Part shown: piece by piece, positions 19,575 through 35,600 of the stretch
Layout: each line of letters begins with the position of its first letter
How positions within the stretch are numbered: position 1 is the first letter of the stretch
DNA from: the human T2T-CHM13v2.0 reference genome, Homo sapiens
Length of the DNA stretch: 64,000 bases
Assembly: GCF_009914755.1 (NCBI RefSeq)
Contig: NC_060929.1
Direction: 5' to 3' (one strand)
Notes under the pieces: model-generated
Told to the model about the DNA's origin: nothing
Database searches by the model: none
Seen by the model: only the letters and a program-made list of their open reading frames with translations
Translations under genes and position numbers: made by a program

Positions 19575-22330
19575 AAATGTATAGCTAAATAATTGGCTAA
19601 AACAAGTTCTCAGCCAGTTCAATAAGTAGGATATCATTAATCCTTTTATGCTCCCTTTGTGCCATGACCTCTTCCCTCTGTCTCAAAGATAACAACTACT
19701 CTGATCTAATACAGTAGACTAATTTTGCCCATTTTTTATTTTATAAAAATGTATTTCTGTGTTATGCATTTTTCTAGGACAGGCTTCTTTCACTCAACAT
19801 TATGTTTGTATCTTGGTCCATTTTGTGTTTCTATAAGGGAATACCTGAGGCTGAGCAATTTATAAAGAAAAGTTTATTTGGCTCATGGTTCTGCAGGCTG
19901 TCCAAGAAGCATGGCAGCAGGATCTGCTTATCTTCTAGTTAGAGCTTCTGTGCTGCATCAAAACATGATGGAAAAGACCACAGGGGAAGCAGGCAAGTGC
20001 AGAGAGCAACCAAACCTCAAGGTTGTCTTGACTTTATAACAACCTCCTCTGGAAGAAACTAATTCACTCCCCCTGAGAACCAATCCAAGCTCAGGAGAAT
20101 GAGAACTCACTCACTGCAGAGTGAATGGCATCAAGCCATTCATCAGGGATCTACCCTCATGGATCACTTCCTTCTAGGTCCCATATCCCAACACTGCCAT
20201 ACTGGGGATTAAATTTTAACATGATACAGGGTGGGAAGGAATGTCCAATCCATAGCAGTTTGTAAGTTTCAACCATATTATTTTAGGCTGTGTATATCTA
20301 TTGCTGCACAGTATCCTATTGTTTCAAGTGCCACAATATTTGATCCCACCTATTCTTGATGGATATTTTTTTTCTCTTTTTCTCCCAGTGTTTGGTTATT
20401 ACAAATAGTGTGCAATGATATGTTTATAAATACATATTGTGAAGATATATTTCTTATAGCTTGAAAACACTGTGTATAGTAACTATTTATAGTTAAGTAG
20501 CACTGTTGGGTCCTAGTTACGTACAAATTCAGATTTTCAAAGTGATAGTACTAATTTTTACACTCACTATTCATAAGAGCTCTGGTAGCTCTCCAGTTTC
20601 TAACCAACACCTGAGGTCATTTGTCTTAATAATTTTCAACATTGTTGAGGGCAAGTAGTGGCATAATATTGTGTTTAAATGGTTATTACATTACAGAATA
20701 CAGCAGTAAGTGTACAGAGTGAACAAACTTTTAAATGTACACATTTTAAATATACAGAATGAATAAAGTTTTCACATGTGCATGCTTATCTTATCAGCAC
20801 TGAAATGAAGACATAGTACATATTCGCTCCAACAATTACCTTTCCAAAGGTGAATGCAACTCTGAATTCCATCAGCATTGATTGGCTTTATTTTTCTTGA
20901 ATATTTAATTGTTTAATCTCTCGACTGAAGAATCAGATTCTTCAGTATTATTGGAGCTAGCTTCAGTTTATTATTCTTCACTGATATGCACTATTCCATT
21001 TTTTGGGTATAGCAATTAGATGTTTGTTCTATCATTAATTTTCTTTTGGTTGTTTTTTGCCATTTTCAAAATGCTACGGTTTTAGTAAATATGTGCACTA
21101 GTTTTTATTGGATATTTACTAAACAATGAGATTGCTAGCATGGTGTATATTTTATAAAAATATTTTAACTTTTTGGGTCTTTAATTTATGTTTTATATAA
21201 ACAGCATAGAGGTTTTTATTTTTTAAATGGGAAATATTTTCTATTTACATTGGAAAAATTCATGATGTTTAGTTTTTCCTCTAATATCTTCATATTTTCT
21301 ATTTGTTTAATTGCTAATTTGTTTATTTTTCTTTTGATTTATTAAGTACTACTTCTTATCCTACTGTATTTTTCCATTAGCTTACTATTTTCACATTATT
21401 TTTATAGTTATTCCAAACACTATAAAATATATTATTCATTTATTAGTCTAATTTAGTTATTATATCACATCCCCAGAGTGATAGAATTTCATCTTACAAA
21501 AGTTTAATTACATTTAATTCTCTTATCTTTTATATTATTGCTGCCAGAAGTTTTACTTGTACATATATAGGAAATCCCAGAAAAAAATGTAATTTCTGTA
21601 AATAATCATTGTTCACTTATCTTTCACTAACGAAACCTGTACCCTTCCTAGTGTTTTTCATTCTTTCCCTCTTGTTCATGCCATCATATGAGATTGTTTT
21701 TTCCCTGCCTGAGAAACAGTCTCTAAATATTTTAGTTCATGATTAATGATGCCAAATTCCCTCATGTTTAGCTTGCCTGACAACTTCTAATTTTGCTTTT
21801 CTTTATATTTTTTGTAAAGATATATTTCTCAAATAGAAAATGAACAAATTTTAATTATACAGTTTAATCTGTTTTAACAAATACATACATTCATTTAACT
21901 CATATCACTGTCAAGACACAGAAACTTACTGCTATCTCAGAAAGTTTCTAAGATTCTTCATGCTCCTCTTTCAGTCATCCACTTCCAAGTTACTAATGGT
22001 CTTGTTTCTATTGTCAATAGATTAGTTTTGCCTAGTATATGATATAATATATATGGAATCACATGGTAGGTAGGCTTTTGTGTCTGGCTTCTTTTGCTCA
22101 GCAAAGTTTTTTTTGTGGTATCAGTAGTTCATTTATAAATATAGACATTCAGAGAGAGGCAAAGTAGTCATAGAATCATTGAATAGATTCTATGTTTAAC
22201 TTTCAATAAAAACCACAAATTATTTGTCCTGACTGATTTTATACCCTCACCAGAAATGTCCCAATTGCTTAATATTTTTACCAACATATGTTGTTTACAA
22301 TTCTTTTTATATTGCTCTTTTACTGAATAT
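19575..22330 (-). mobile_element. Several degraded L1ME-type fragments (hosts of the MSTB insertion)
   Basis: Repeated antisense L1 3' motifs such as ggcttctttcactcaacattatgttt and ggcttttgtgtctggcttcttttgctcagc. Confidence 0.6.
19809..20257 (-). mobile_element. MSTB-type solo LTR (ERVL-MaLR)
   Basis: tatcttggtccattttgtgtttctataagggaatacctgaggctg ... tccaatccatagca. Perfect 5-bp TSD gtttg. Confidence 0.88.
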
Positions 22331-22369
22331 GTAGCAAAAAGAAAAGCCATAAAGGAGAAAAAAAAAGTT

Positions 22370-24605
<2,236 letters not shown>

Positions 24606-24696
24606 CAATAACCTAAAGGCAAACAAGACAAGATGGTGGTTGACTTTTAAAGGAAATATGACTGGCTGATTTCAAGGGACCTTGTGGATTACTGAT

Positions 24697-25120
24697 TATG
24701 GTAGTCAGTTTCATCAGTGACTGAGCCAGTGGGTAAACAGGTATTTGGTCAAACATTACACTGTGTGTCTGTGAAGGTGTTTTTGGATGAGATGAACATT
24801 TGAATGAGGAGACTAAAACAGATTGCCCTTCATAAGCATAGGTGTGCCTCAATTAGTTGAAAAACTGAATAGAATAAAAAAAAACTGACCTTCCCACCCA
24901 AAGTAAGAGAGAGTTTTTCCTGTCAGATGACCTTTGAACTAAGAAATCAGCTTTTTTCCTGCTTTTGGACCTGAACTGAAAGCATCAGCTCATACTAGGT
25001 CTCAAGACTGCCAGTCTTTGGACTGGATTTAAACTATCAGCTTCCTGGGTCTCCAGCTTGCCAACTCATCCTCCAGATCTTGGGACTTTCTAGCCTACAT
25101 AGTCATGTCAGCCAATACTA

Positions 25121-25160
<40 letters not shown>

Positions 25161-25275
25161 ATACAAAGATGAATAATAAAATTTTTGATAAGGATATATA
25201 CACACACACACATACACATACACATTCACGCACATCTATTTAGTTCTGTTTCTCTGGAAAATTCTGACTAATACA
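24697..25275 (+). mobile_element. MLT2-family LTR (ERVL) with internal (CT)n and (CA)n
   Basis: atttggtcaaacatta..gtgtgtctgtgaaggtgtttttggatgagat ... gttctgtttctctggaaaattctgactaataca. Confidence 0.85.
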
Positions 25276-26328
25276 TTGGTCATTATCTATTTCTTGATCT
25301 TGGCTTCAGCACTGTAGGTTTGTTTATTCTGGAAATTCATAAAGTTTTGTATTTATGGTTTGTGCTTTGCACATTCTCAGAAAATGTGAGTGAAAATAAG
25401 AATTTCTGCAAAGGTACGGTAGAATGTTACAGGCATATAGTACATTTCACATGAAACCTCTATATTCTTTCCAATCCTGAACCCTGGGTATATATTATTA
25501 CTTAAATATATCTGCTAAGTGTTTACATACTACAGTCTTGTAAACCATAGCTAGTCTGTGGTTGTGTGTCTCAGAGATTCTGAAAAGTTTTTGGTTTATG
25601 GTGCCCTTAATGTCTTATTTTTGTTTGTTTGCTGTTTTGTTTTAGTTAAACCCCTAGATCAAAAGAAATACCTAGCAGCTCAGTATTGAATAATGAGGTC
25701 TCAACAATTTGAGAGTAGTAATTTGTGTGGTTTTTGACAGGTGCTACTGTGTTCTCTTGAAAAACTAAAATTTCCCACTGTGCCCACCCTGTGAATTTAT
25801 GCACAACTTCTTAAGATCTTGGCATATGGCTTGGGAAACAAGGTCTTAGTCTTTTCTAGATACGGAGCAATTTGAACAAGTCATATATGAGGTTTATGCT
25901 GTGTCTCTGCCTGTATTTGTTTCTGTATGTGTATTTTACTGAAATAAATATATGTATATATACATGGATAACTGAATGCTTATCTAAGATTTTAAAGGTT
26001 TTATATTCCAAAACTATAGAAAAATAGGTTGCTTTATTCAAAGTGCTCACATTAAAACACTTAAGTGTAAAACATTTATTCAATTCTAAAGTCCCATTTG
26101 GAACTCTTTTCTCAGAATTAGCTCCTGATTAATATACATATTGCCAATGTTGGTTAAACAAAATAACACTGCTTTAGAGGTAGGACGAAGGTTAACAGAC
26201 ATAAGACACAACTGTGCTTTAAAAAATGTGGAATAAAATGATCAAAAATATAAAAGTGTATGCCCAGGTTTATAGTAATTACCATTGTGATTTAGTATTG
26301 CTATTTTCATGTATATTTTACATACACA

Positions 26329-28237
26329 TTTTTTTCCAATTTATTTTGGGTTCAGGGTATGAGTGCAGGTTTGTTATATGAGCATAACATGTGATGTTGA
26401 GGACTGGGGTATGGATGATCCCATCACCCAGGTAATAAGGATAGCACCCAATAGATACTTTTTGAGCCAACAGTCCCCTCTCTCCTCCCCTCTCTACCAG
26501 TCCCCAGTGTCTCTTGTTCCCATCCTTATATCCATGCATGCGCATTTTCAGTAAGAACATGCAGTATCTGCTTTTCTGTTTCTGTGTTAATTCACTTAGG
26601 ATAATGGCTTCCAATTAGCATGCTTGTTGTTGCAAAAGACATGATTTCATTCTTTACTGTGTCTGCATAGTATTCCATGTATCACATAGGCATGGACAAA
26701 GATTTCATGATTAAACACCAAAAGCAATGGCAACAAAAGCCAACATTGACAAATGGGATCTAATTAAACTAAAGAGCTTCTGCACAGCAAAAGAAAATAT
26801 TATCAGAGTGAACAGGCAACCTACAGAATGGGAGAAAATTTTTGCAATCTATCCATCTGACAAAGGGCTAATATCCAGAATCTACAAAGAACTTAAACAA
26901 ATTTACAAGAAAAAGACAACCCATCAAAAAGTAGGCGAAGGATATGAACAGACACTTCTCAAAAGAAGACATTTATGAGGTCAACAAACATATGAAAAAA
27001 AGCTCATCATCACTTGTCGTTAGAGAAATGCAAATCAAAACCACAATGAAATACCATCTGATGCCAGTTAGAATGACAATCATTAAAAAGAGAACAACTG
27101 ATGTTGGAGAGGATGTGAAGAAACAGGAACACTTTTACACTGTTGGTGGGAGTGTAAATTAATTCAGCCATTGTGGAAGACAGTGTGGTGATTCCTCAAG
27201 GATCTAGAACCAGTAATAGCATTTGATCCAGCAATCCCATTACTGGGTATATACCCAAAGGATTGGAAATCATTCTACTATAAAGACACATGCACACGTA
27301 TGTTTACTATGGCACTGTTCACAATAGCATAGACTTGGAAGCAACCCAAATGCCCATCAATGATAGACTGGATAAAGAAAATGTGGCATATATACATCAT
27401 GGAATACTATGCAGCCATAAAAAACGATGAGTTCATGTCCTTTGCAGAGACATGGAAGAAGCTGGAAACCATCATTCTCAGCAAACTAACACAGAACAGA
27501 AAACTAAACACTGCCTGTTCTCACTCATAAGTGGGAGTTGAACAATGAGAACACATGGACACAGGGAAGGGAACATCACACACTGGGGCCCGTCAGCGAG
27601 TGGTGGGCTAGGGGAGGGATAGCATTAGGAGAAATATCTAATGTAGATGATGAGTTGATGGGTGCAGCAAACCACCATGGCACGTGTATACCCATGTAAC
27701 AAACGTGCACGTTCTGTACATGTATCCCTGAACTTTAAGTATAATAAAAAAATATAAAAACAAAAAAGTTAAAATCTAATCTACCACTGATGGGTACCTA
27801 GGTTGATTCCATGTCTTTGCTAGTGAGAATAGTGCTGTGCTGTGATGAACATGTGAGTGCATGTGTCTTTTTGGTAGAACAATTTATATTCCTTTGGGTA
27901 TATACACAAACAAATAATCCAATTGAAAATAAGCTAATGATATTAAAAGATACTTCTTGAAAGAAGACACACAAGTGGTCAAGAAATATGAAAAAATTCT
28001 CATCATTACTAATCATCAGAGAAACAAAATCAAAACCGTAATAAGATACCATCTCACACCAGTCAGAATGGCAGTTATTAGAAAGTCAAAAAATGAAAGA
28101 TACTGGTGAGTCTGTACTGAAAAGGGGACATTTATACCCTGTTGGTAGCAATGCAAAATCCTTCAGCCACTGTGGAAAAAAGTTGAAGATTTCTCAAAGA
28201 ACTTAAAGCAGAACTATTAACACCATTCAACACAGTA
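26329..28237 (-). mobile_element. L1PA15/16-type, short and 5'-inverted (3' part on - at 26329-26683 and 27772-27905, inverted part on + at 27906-28237)
   Basis: Antisense 3'UTR gatcccatcacccaggta..agcacccaatag. Orientation switches after gggtatatac. Split by an L1PA7 insertion. Confidence 0.85.
26684..27770 (+). mobile_element. L1PA7-type 3' fragment, ~1.1 kb, nested in the L1PA15/16
   Basis: ORF2 C-terminus [23 protein letters not shown]. 3'UTR gcagcaaaccaccatggcacgtgtatacc. A-rich tail. Confidence 0.93.
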
Positions 28238-28780
28238 AAATATTTCTAATGTGATGAACGTTATTTTAGTTAACTTGTTATTACATATCTTTCTTGAAAT
28301 TAAATGACTTGATAAATTTATACCTCATATGAAATTTACTAAATTGTTTTCAGGAAAAATTTTTAAAAGGTAACATAGCATTTACTTTGAGGAAAAAAAA
28401 GCATTAGCAACTTTGATAGCTTTAATATTTTCCCTTTAGAACAATTAACCAAACAAAAGAAAACAGAAATAAGCAATATAATTTTTTTTCAAACAAGAAA
28501 AAAATTGTGTGTGTTTGTAACTAAATCTGTTTTTACATTCGGTTTAAAAACACATGTCATCAACACATTTTCTTTTTTTAAGTCACAATACAAGTAATGG
28601 AGTTACTCCATAAATATTTACTTGGTATGATATCTGTTAATGAATTATTCTTAAAACATAATTAATATTAGATTTTGACTGTTGTATTTCCAACTACATG
28701 TATTTTTATTTCTTTGACTAATTTTATAATAATGGTAATGAACAAATGTCCCACATTCAGTAAAATATTGGAGTTGATAC

Positions 28781-28827
28781 TTTATTAGTCAGCGTTCTCC
28801 AGAGGAACAAAAGAACCAATAAAATAA

Positions 28828-28872
<45 letters not shown>

Positions 28873-29046
28873 TTTAGTGACATCCTAAACCACAATGGGG
28901 AGGACAATCTGCTTTCCTCAGTCTTCCAAATCACCTGCTAATCTCATCCAGAAACACTCTCACAAACACACCCAGCAATGATGTTGGACCAAATTTTTGG
29001 AAACTGCATGGCCTAATCAAATTGACTTACAAAATTAACCATCACA
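28781..29046 (-). mobile_element. MLT2-family LTR, internally deleted, containing (AC)20 at 28830-28869
   Basis: tattagtcagcgttctccagagg ... caaattgacttacaaaattaaccatcaca. Confidence 0.82.
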
Positions 29047-30369
29047 GTCATTAAGCCTCATGTTTGGGGACCATGTGAAGTGGCAAAACTGATCCATTAT
29101 TAGCTCCATTACCATGAACTAAAATGGCAAAACTAAAGTAAAAAAAAAAAAAAAAAACAGGCAAACAAATAAACTCAATAATGCCATTCCACAATAATGC
29201 TTTAAACCATGTTGCGTATAATAATTTTAGTGATTTAAATGAATATTTGGCCATTTTTATTTATTGAACAGCATCATAACTATGTGTCATTAAAGCTTAG
29301 TCAGCTTAACTTACTTATTTTGATTTGATTATGACCTTAAACTTCATTGAGATATCTGGGGCTTTGGCAAATATTATCAAGGAACTACAAACAGCACTGA
29401 TGCTATGAGAATCTTGTGGGTCTATCATCAAAATTCGCATAATTTTGTCTTTAAGAGATATATGTAAAAATGGTGTTGCTTCATTCCAAGATATGAATTT
29501 TTAGGCTTTTCTACCCACTGGCAAATTTTTCTCTGTGCATATTTTCTTATGCATCCACCAATACTAGTTGTAACTGATTTTTAAATATTTATCAATTTGA
29601 AAGATGAAAAAAAGTTCCTAATTTTAAGGCTTTTGATGTTTAAAAAAAGAACATACTTCTATATGCTCAGTGTCTATATGTATTTCTTCTTTGTTTTTTG
29701 TCACTTTTGTATACTTTGCCTATTTTCCCATTGAGTCATAAATCATTTATCACATAGATTAGTAAAATTCTCTAAGATGGTAGTGGCATTAATCCATAGT
29801 TATTGTTTATGTGCACTGAAAATATTTGTTTAAATTTATTTTTTAAATGTTGGTGAAAATATGCCATACAGATATTTTAAATAATATTGTGAAATTATAA
29901 TCTTTGTTTATTTGGAATCTGCCTAAGTTGTATTTCCTAAAAAATTCTTCTTTAGCACAAATATTCACTTACTCTAGATAAAGCAACAAATTCATTCTTA
30001 TTTTTTGTCAATTTTTATTCAATTGTACAAATATAAAATATTAAGTAATTTACCCTTCATTAGCAAATAATGTGCCATCTATACAACAGAAGTTACATCT
30101 AAACATGTAATAGTATATTATATTATGCTATTTTATATTTATACTTATGCTATACAGACTAAGGCATAAACATTATATATGAAATAGAAATACATTAGGT
30201 AATGCATAATGTTGAAATTTAGTATTTGTCTGAATGCTACCTTTAGAGAAAGGATGATCATTTAGAACCAAAAGATGTAAAAGTCCTTTCCTCGGAGAAA
30301 CAGCCTGAGTCTTCAGAGTCTTCAAATTTTCTTTATCTCTACAGCTTGATTTGTATAAAAGGATATTTT

Positions 30370-30490
30370 ATTCAACCACTCCAACACTTTCATTTGAAGA
30401 TGAAAATATTGCATCCAAAGGGGGTTATTTGATTTACGTAAGACTGAATAGTTAATGATGGCAGAAACTGAACAGGATTTAAGTTCTCAT
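30370..30490 (-). mobile_element. MIR core fragment
   Basis: catttgaagatgaaaatattg..ttatttgatttacgtaagact..gttaatgatggcagaaactg. Confidence 0.5.
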
Positions 30491-32577
30491 AATATTCTTT
30501 ATTTTAGCTCATGATGTTTTAAAATCAGCTTACAGCAGAAAGAAAATTTGAAGTAATATTAGTATGACTTTTAGGACATCAAGCAAATCAACATTTAATT
30601 AAACAAACTCAAATTGAATGCTTTTATTCCCAACCCCTCCCCAAATACCTCTTTAAGATCCCTGAGCAACACCTTTGATAGTATCCTAAAATTACATATG
30701 AACTTAATTTTGAAATGATGCAATAAAGCTTTTATTTAACTGTTAAAAGCATGCTCTCTTAAACTGATTTACATACATATAGAGATCCACTAAAACTCAA
30801 TGCAGTATTTTAAGATCTTTTACAGATAAAGCATTATGACAATTAAATATGCTTGAGTTAAAACGAACTAATTCATAAAAAAAGATGACTTAGGCTTGTG
30901 AATATAAAGAGCATTAGGCTTACCTTCTGAGTGCTTTTATATATTACACTCAATGCTATATTACTCTAGGAAAATTTTACAAGAAAACTCATTCTCAAAT
31001 CTGAGATTATATGTACCTTGTTTACATTCATAGTTTTTATATTTATGGTTTATAGTTTATCAGTGTTATTATGCCAGGTTTTCAAATAGGCATCCTTTTT
31101 ATTGAAAACTATATAAAACTAATATACCTAAAAGGGAAATTTAAGGCACAAACACATTTCTATATGAAATGAGACTTAAAAAAGAAAAAAAAATTTGGAA
31201 GGGGAATATTTAAGCTTGATTACAAAATAATCCGATCCATGCTTTCAGTTGTAACACTAAAATGTATATAAACCTACCACAGTTAATTACAGTGACAAAA
31301 GTTTTACTATTATGTAAATACATGCATATATTATAAAGAAATCTCTGTGTGCGTGTGTGTGTGTGTGTGAAAGTATACAATTCAAGGTTTGTATCTATGC
31401 CTAGGCAATACCTAGAAAATGATGCATAATAAAATATTGCACTCAGGAATGATTCGCAGTGCTTGACTTATTGGATAACATAATATTTAGTGGGAAATAT
31501 TATAAGTTATCCAATAAATCAAACATTACTATATTTAGATAGTTTTAAATCATTACCACTACAATGAGTAAAATATCATTGAAATATAGTTCGGTGTACA
31601 TAGTCAAGCTATATGCACCACAAATTTATGTCAAGAAAATATTTCTTGTTATAAGTCCTCTTTTTTCTCTCACCAAAAGCCTAAATTACACTGACAAATC
31701 TCCAAATTTAGTTTTTATTGTATCCAAACTCATTTTAAAAAACTGATAAAACTGGTCATTCAGAGAAATGAGATTTTCTTTGAATGTAAGCAGTATTTCT
31801 ATCTTCAAACTTGAACTTACTACACTGCTGTCTATAGCATGTCCTCTGAATATGATGTGTGCTCATTCTCAATTTTTCTGTCAGATGTCATTGTGCTTGA
31901 TTTATAAATATAGCCAGTACTAGAGAATTTGGTGGCGGGGATAAGGAAGAGTTAGAAAGACGTACACACAACTAGTATTTATGTTTCATCTCTTAATTTT
32001 TCTTTGTAAGCACTATGTTTACCTAAATACTTTAGTGGGAATTTATACAGATTGTAAACAAATATTATTGATAAATATTTTAATTTGTTTAGAAACTTTA
32101 ATAGCAATAATCAATAATCACATAATGATCATTGCATCTATTCAATTAACGAGGGTCCAAATTTTAGAAAAATACAAAGTTTTGGTGTCATTATTAAATG
32201 TCATGAGAATGCACTATTTTTAAAAATATCAAAAACAAAGCACAAAGAGTAAGCAATTAAAAAAGAAAAAGCCTCAACGGATCAATCTTAGTTTGTTTCT
32301 AAAGGGCCTTCCAATGCCAAGGGCAGTTTTGTTGAAAGAAGTCTGTTCTTTACTTTTTAATAACATACTTACTGTAGTCTACAGTTTAATAAAAGTTTTT
32401 GGAGTTTCAAATCCTTTAAGCATGCTTAGCAGTGACTCAAGAACAAGGTGCACTGGTGGCTAACATAACTTTTGATACAAAAATAACACTCTATAGATCT
32501 TTTTATTTAGTTATTGACCCACTCCACACCTGCACATTTTTTGTTGTCCCAAGGTTAAAGGGCCATGTTGTTTATTT

Positions 32578-32672
32578 ATATATGTGTGTGTGTGTGCGTA
32601 TGTGTGTATATATATATATATATACACACATACAGAGAGACAGAGAGAGAGAGAGATACAGAGAGAGAGAGA
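32578..32672. repeat. Compound microsatellite (TG)n(TA)n(CA)n(GA)n
   Basis: Read directly from the sequence. Confidence 0.95.
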
Positions 32673-35600
32673 ATGACAATTTTTGCACCAGTTGAATGGT
32701 ATACACAATATAAATAATTTTCTAGCATATGTTTCATAGATCATGTTTCCCTTGATTGTTTTGTCCAAATTCAAATCAAATCAACTTTCTATTAATTTCA
32801 TAGACTGGATAAGCTGTTGCAACGGAAATTCAAGCTATCAAATTTTTAGAATACTTATCTAGGGCTTAAATTTCTTACTTAGGAAATATAACAGATATTA
32901 ACATTCATTTTTAAGAGTAGCATTTTTTCTAATGTTTCAGTTTGGCTGCATATTTAATTGCTCACTTTTATCTGGAGTTGAGTTCAAACCTATGATACTA
33001 CAGCAGCAATATATTAAGAGTTGGCACTTTAAAGCTCAGTATTTAAAGACTAACAGTAAATTATAGCACAGACTGCACACTAAACTACCATCTTGTGCAA
33101 CAAATGTTACAGACAATCTGTAACCTGAAATATTAATATCTTATGGCTTTGGAGATTACATTAATTACAGCCACTTTTAGAACACAATAATTAGACTGTT
33201 TTACAGTAGCCACTAAGGTCAGTTTATACAAGTAATTATTCACCTGCTACAAAGCTTCATGAATGAATTAAGTAATCAGCATTACATATATATTGTACTA
33301 CATATATCTCCAAAGCAGAATTCGTTAGTGTGTGTATTTTATATGCAAATATACACACTCTCAAGTTGTGTTGTTTTGAAAGGACAATATTGGTGATTGG
33401 CATTTTTATGGGCGCAAAAAAAAAACATTCAGGATATAAATGAGGATTATCTGGCATCAAATTTTAAAAAATGAATGATAATGCTTACCTGTGTATGATA
33501 TAGGTTTGAATGTGAATAATCTACTTTCCTGATAAATAAGTAAGATTTTACTCTGTATTAAATGACTATGCTGACTGGAAAAAAATGATTATTGAATGCT
33601 CTGGAAAATAATTCATTTCTATGAACAAATAAGGGTAAGTCAATGAAATGGTTATCTGAGGAACTGACCAACCAGTTATGCAGAAAAATACCCATGTTAT
33701 TTTTAGCATAATTAATTAATATAAATTACACTTTAAATATATTGATCAAATAACTCACATGGGATTTATTGCAAAACTAAATATTAAAAAAGAAAAATAT
33801 ACTGAATGAGTATAATAAAAGTTATAGATGGAAAGTCAATAACTGACATATATAATAGAAAAACAATCTCCATTGACAGAAGTTGTAAAGGGCGTTATAA
33901 AGGCAGAGCTGCAAGATTTGTTAAGAAAATGACTGTAATGAGCAATATTGTAGCAGCGAATCATGTTAGATTGAGAATTATAAACTTTCCCTGATTCTAC
34001 TACATTTTATATTTTACTGCAGCTCTCAAGTAATTATCACTAGGAAGCTTAATAGAAAATCTAAGTCTGAGATTTTAATTCATTGACTTGTCATATCATA
34101 AACACCTATGGTATACCAGGCCCTGGACAGAGTGTTGGAAATATACATTAAAAAAGAAATATGTTGAAATATATTTTTCACCTGAACTTCCTCTGTCTCC
34201 ACTTACTATTTTCTCCCTTGCAAAAACTAATTCCCTATACTCAGTGCATAGCCATGGAAGTACAGAATTATAATATAATACATGTAATGTATGTTTATAT
34301 TATCCTTTCCACACCCAACTGATGTATACACAGCTACACCCTTCTTAACTAGACCCAAGAATCAAGGGTGAAAAAAATGTTACCTAAATCTACCCTTATA
34401 ACCTTATAATATACCTTCTCTGATAATGTACTCTGATCTTATACTCTACCCTTTCACACATGGATTGTGCTGTCTTTGGTGAATTCTCATAACTTCCTCT
34501 GTAAGTTATGCATATTATTCATTCTTCTCACTTACTAATCTTATTTTTTGGTTTCCACTCTGGTCACTTTTACCTGCTTTCCTCAAGAACAAATATGATA
34601 TATTTGATGCAGTTTGAAGCATGTGGCAAGTGTTTAGAATGCATTATTTCTTTACAAGTGGAAAGGAATTATGAGGGAAGAATGATGTTATCGCCCAATT
34701 CAGATAATTTTTTCAGAGGTCTCATCATGTCCTTAATCAGGATCTCAAGTCCTATTGCACTCATCAGATACACTCAAATGTTTATTGAGCTATTTTTCTA
34801 CTCTAGACTTTATTTTGGCAATATGGGTATCAAATTAATCTTTCCCCAATAATTTATACTAATACCACATATGTTTCAATTGACAGGATTCCAAGATAGA
34901 CTAAATGCCTGGTTACTACTCTGTTTCACTGATAACTTATACTGAAATACGGAGAGCTATCATAGCAAGGAAAGTCGACAAAAAAAATTAAATTTCATTG
35001 GTGTTAATTACTTGGACAATTCACATACTGCCTCTTATTCTAAATAAAGTAACTATAACTGTAATCAAATGCGTTATTCAGCAAAAGAATCAGTAGATAT
35101 ATGAAACTGAAGCATTTTCTATTTTTCTATAGTAATATATTCTGACGAAGAAGAGTAATGATTGTTGTGTGGAAAGGAAGGAGAAAAAATAAATCAGAAA
35201 TAATGTGGTCCTTAAAAGCTGAGGACATTTTCTGACCAGGAGAAAGTACATTATTATGGAAATATTTCTGATTAAAATAAGAATTTGTTGATTTAGACAT
35301 AAAGTTTTATACTCAAGTAATTGGTCCACTGTATTTAACTATTTGGTAACTGAATATCATAGTGTAGGCAAGTTAAATATTTTTTTCATGTAGAGATGTC
35401 TAGCTACAGAATTTTTCCACTTTGTGAGCTTTCACAAAATCTTAAAAAGAAAAAAATGTAAATTTTCTTATCTCCGCATACTCTGATCACTTATGTTTTT
35501 TTAATTACTAAGTCATATGTTGTTCCTAAACTCACTCAACTTAGCAACCATTCCATTATCTGATTGTTTTCAGATATGACTGTGGAGAATACCAGATAAA

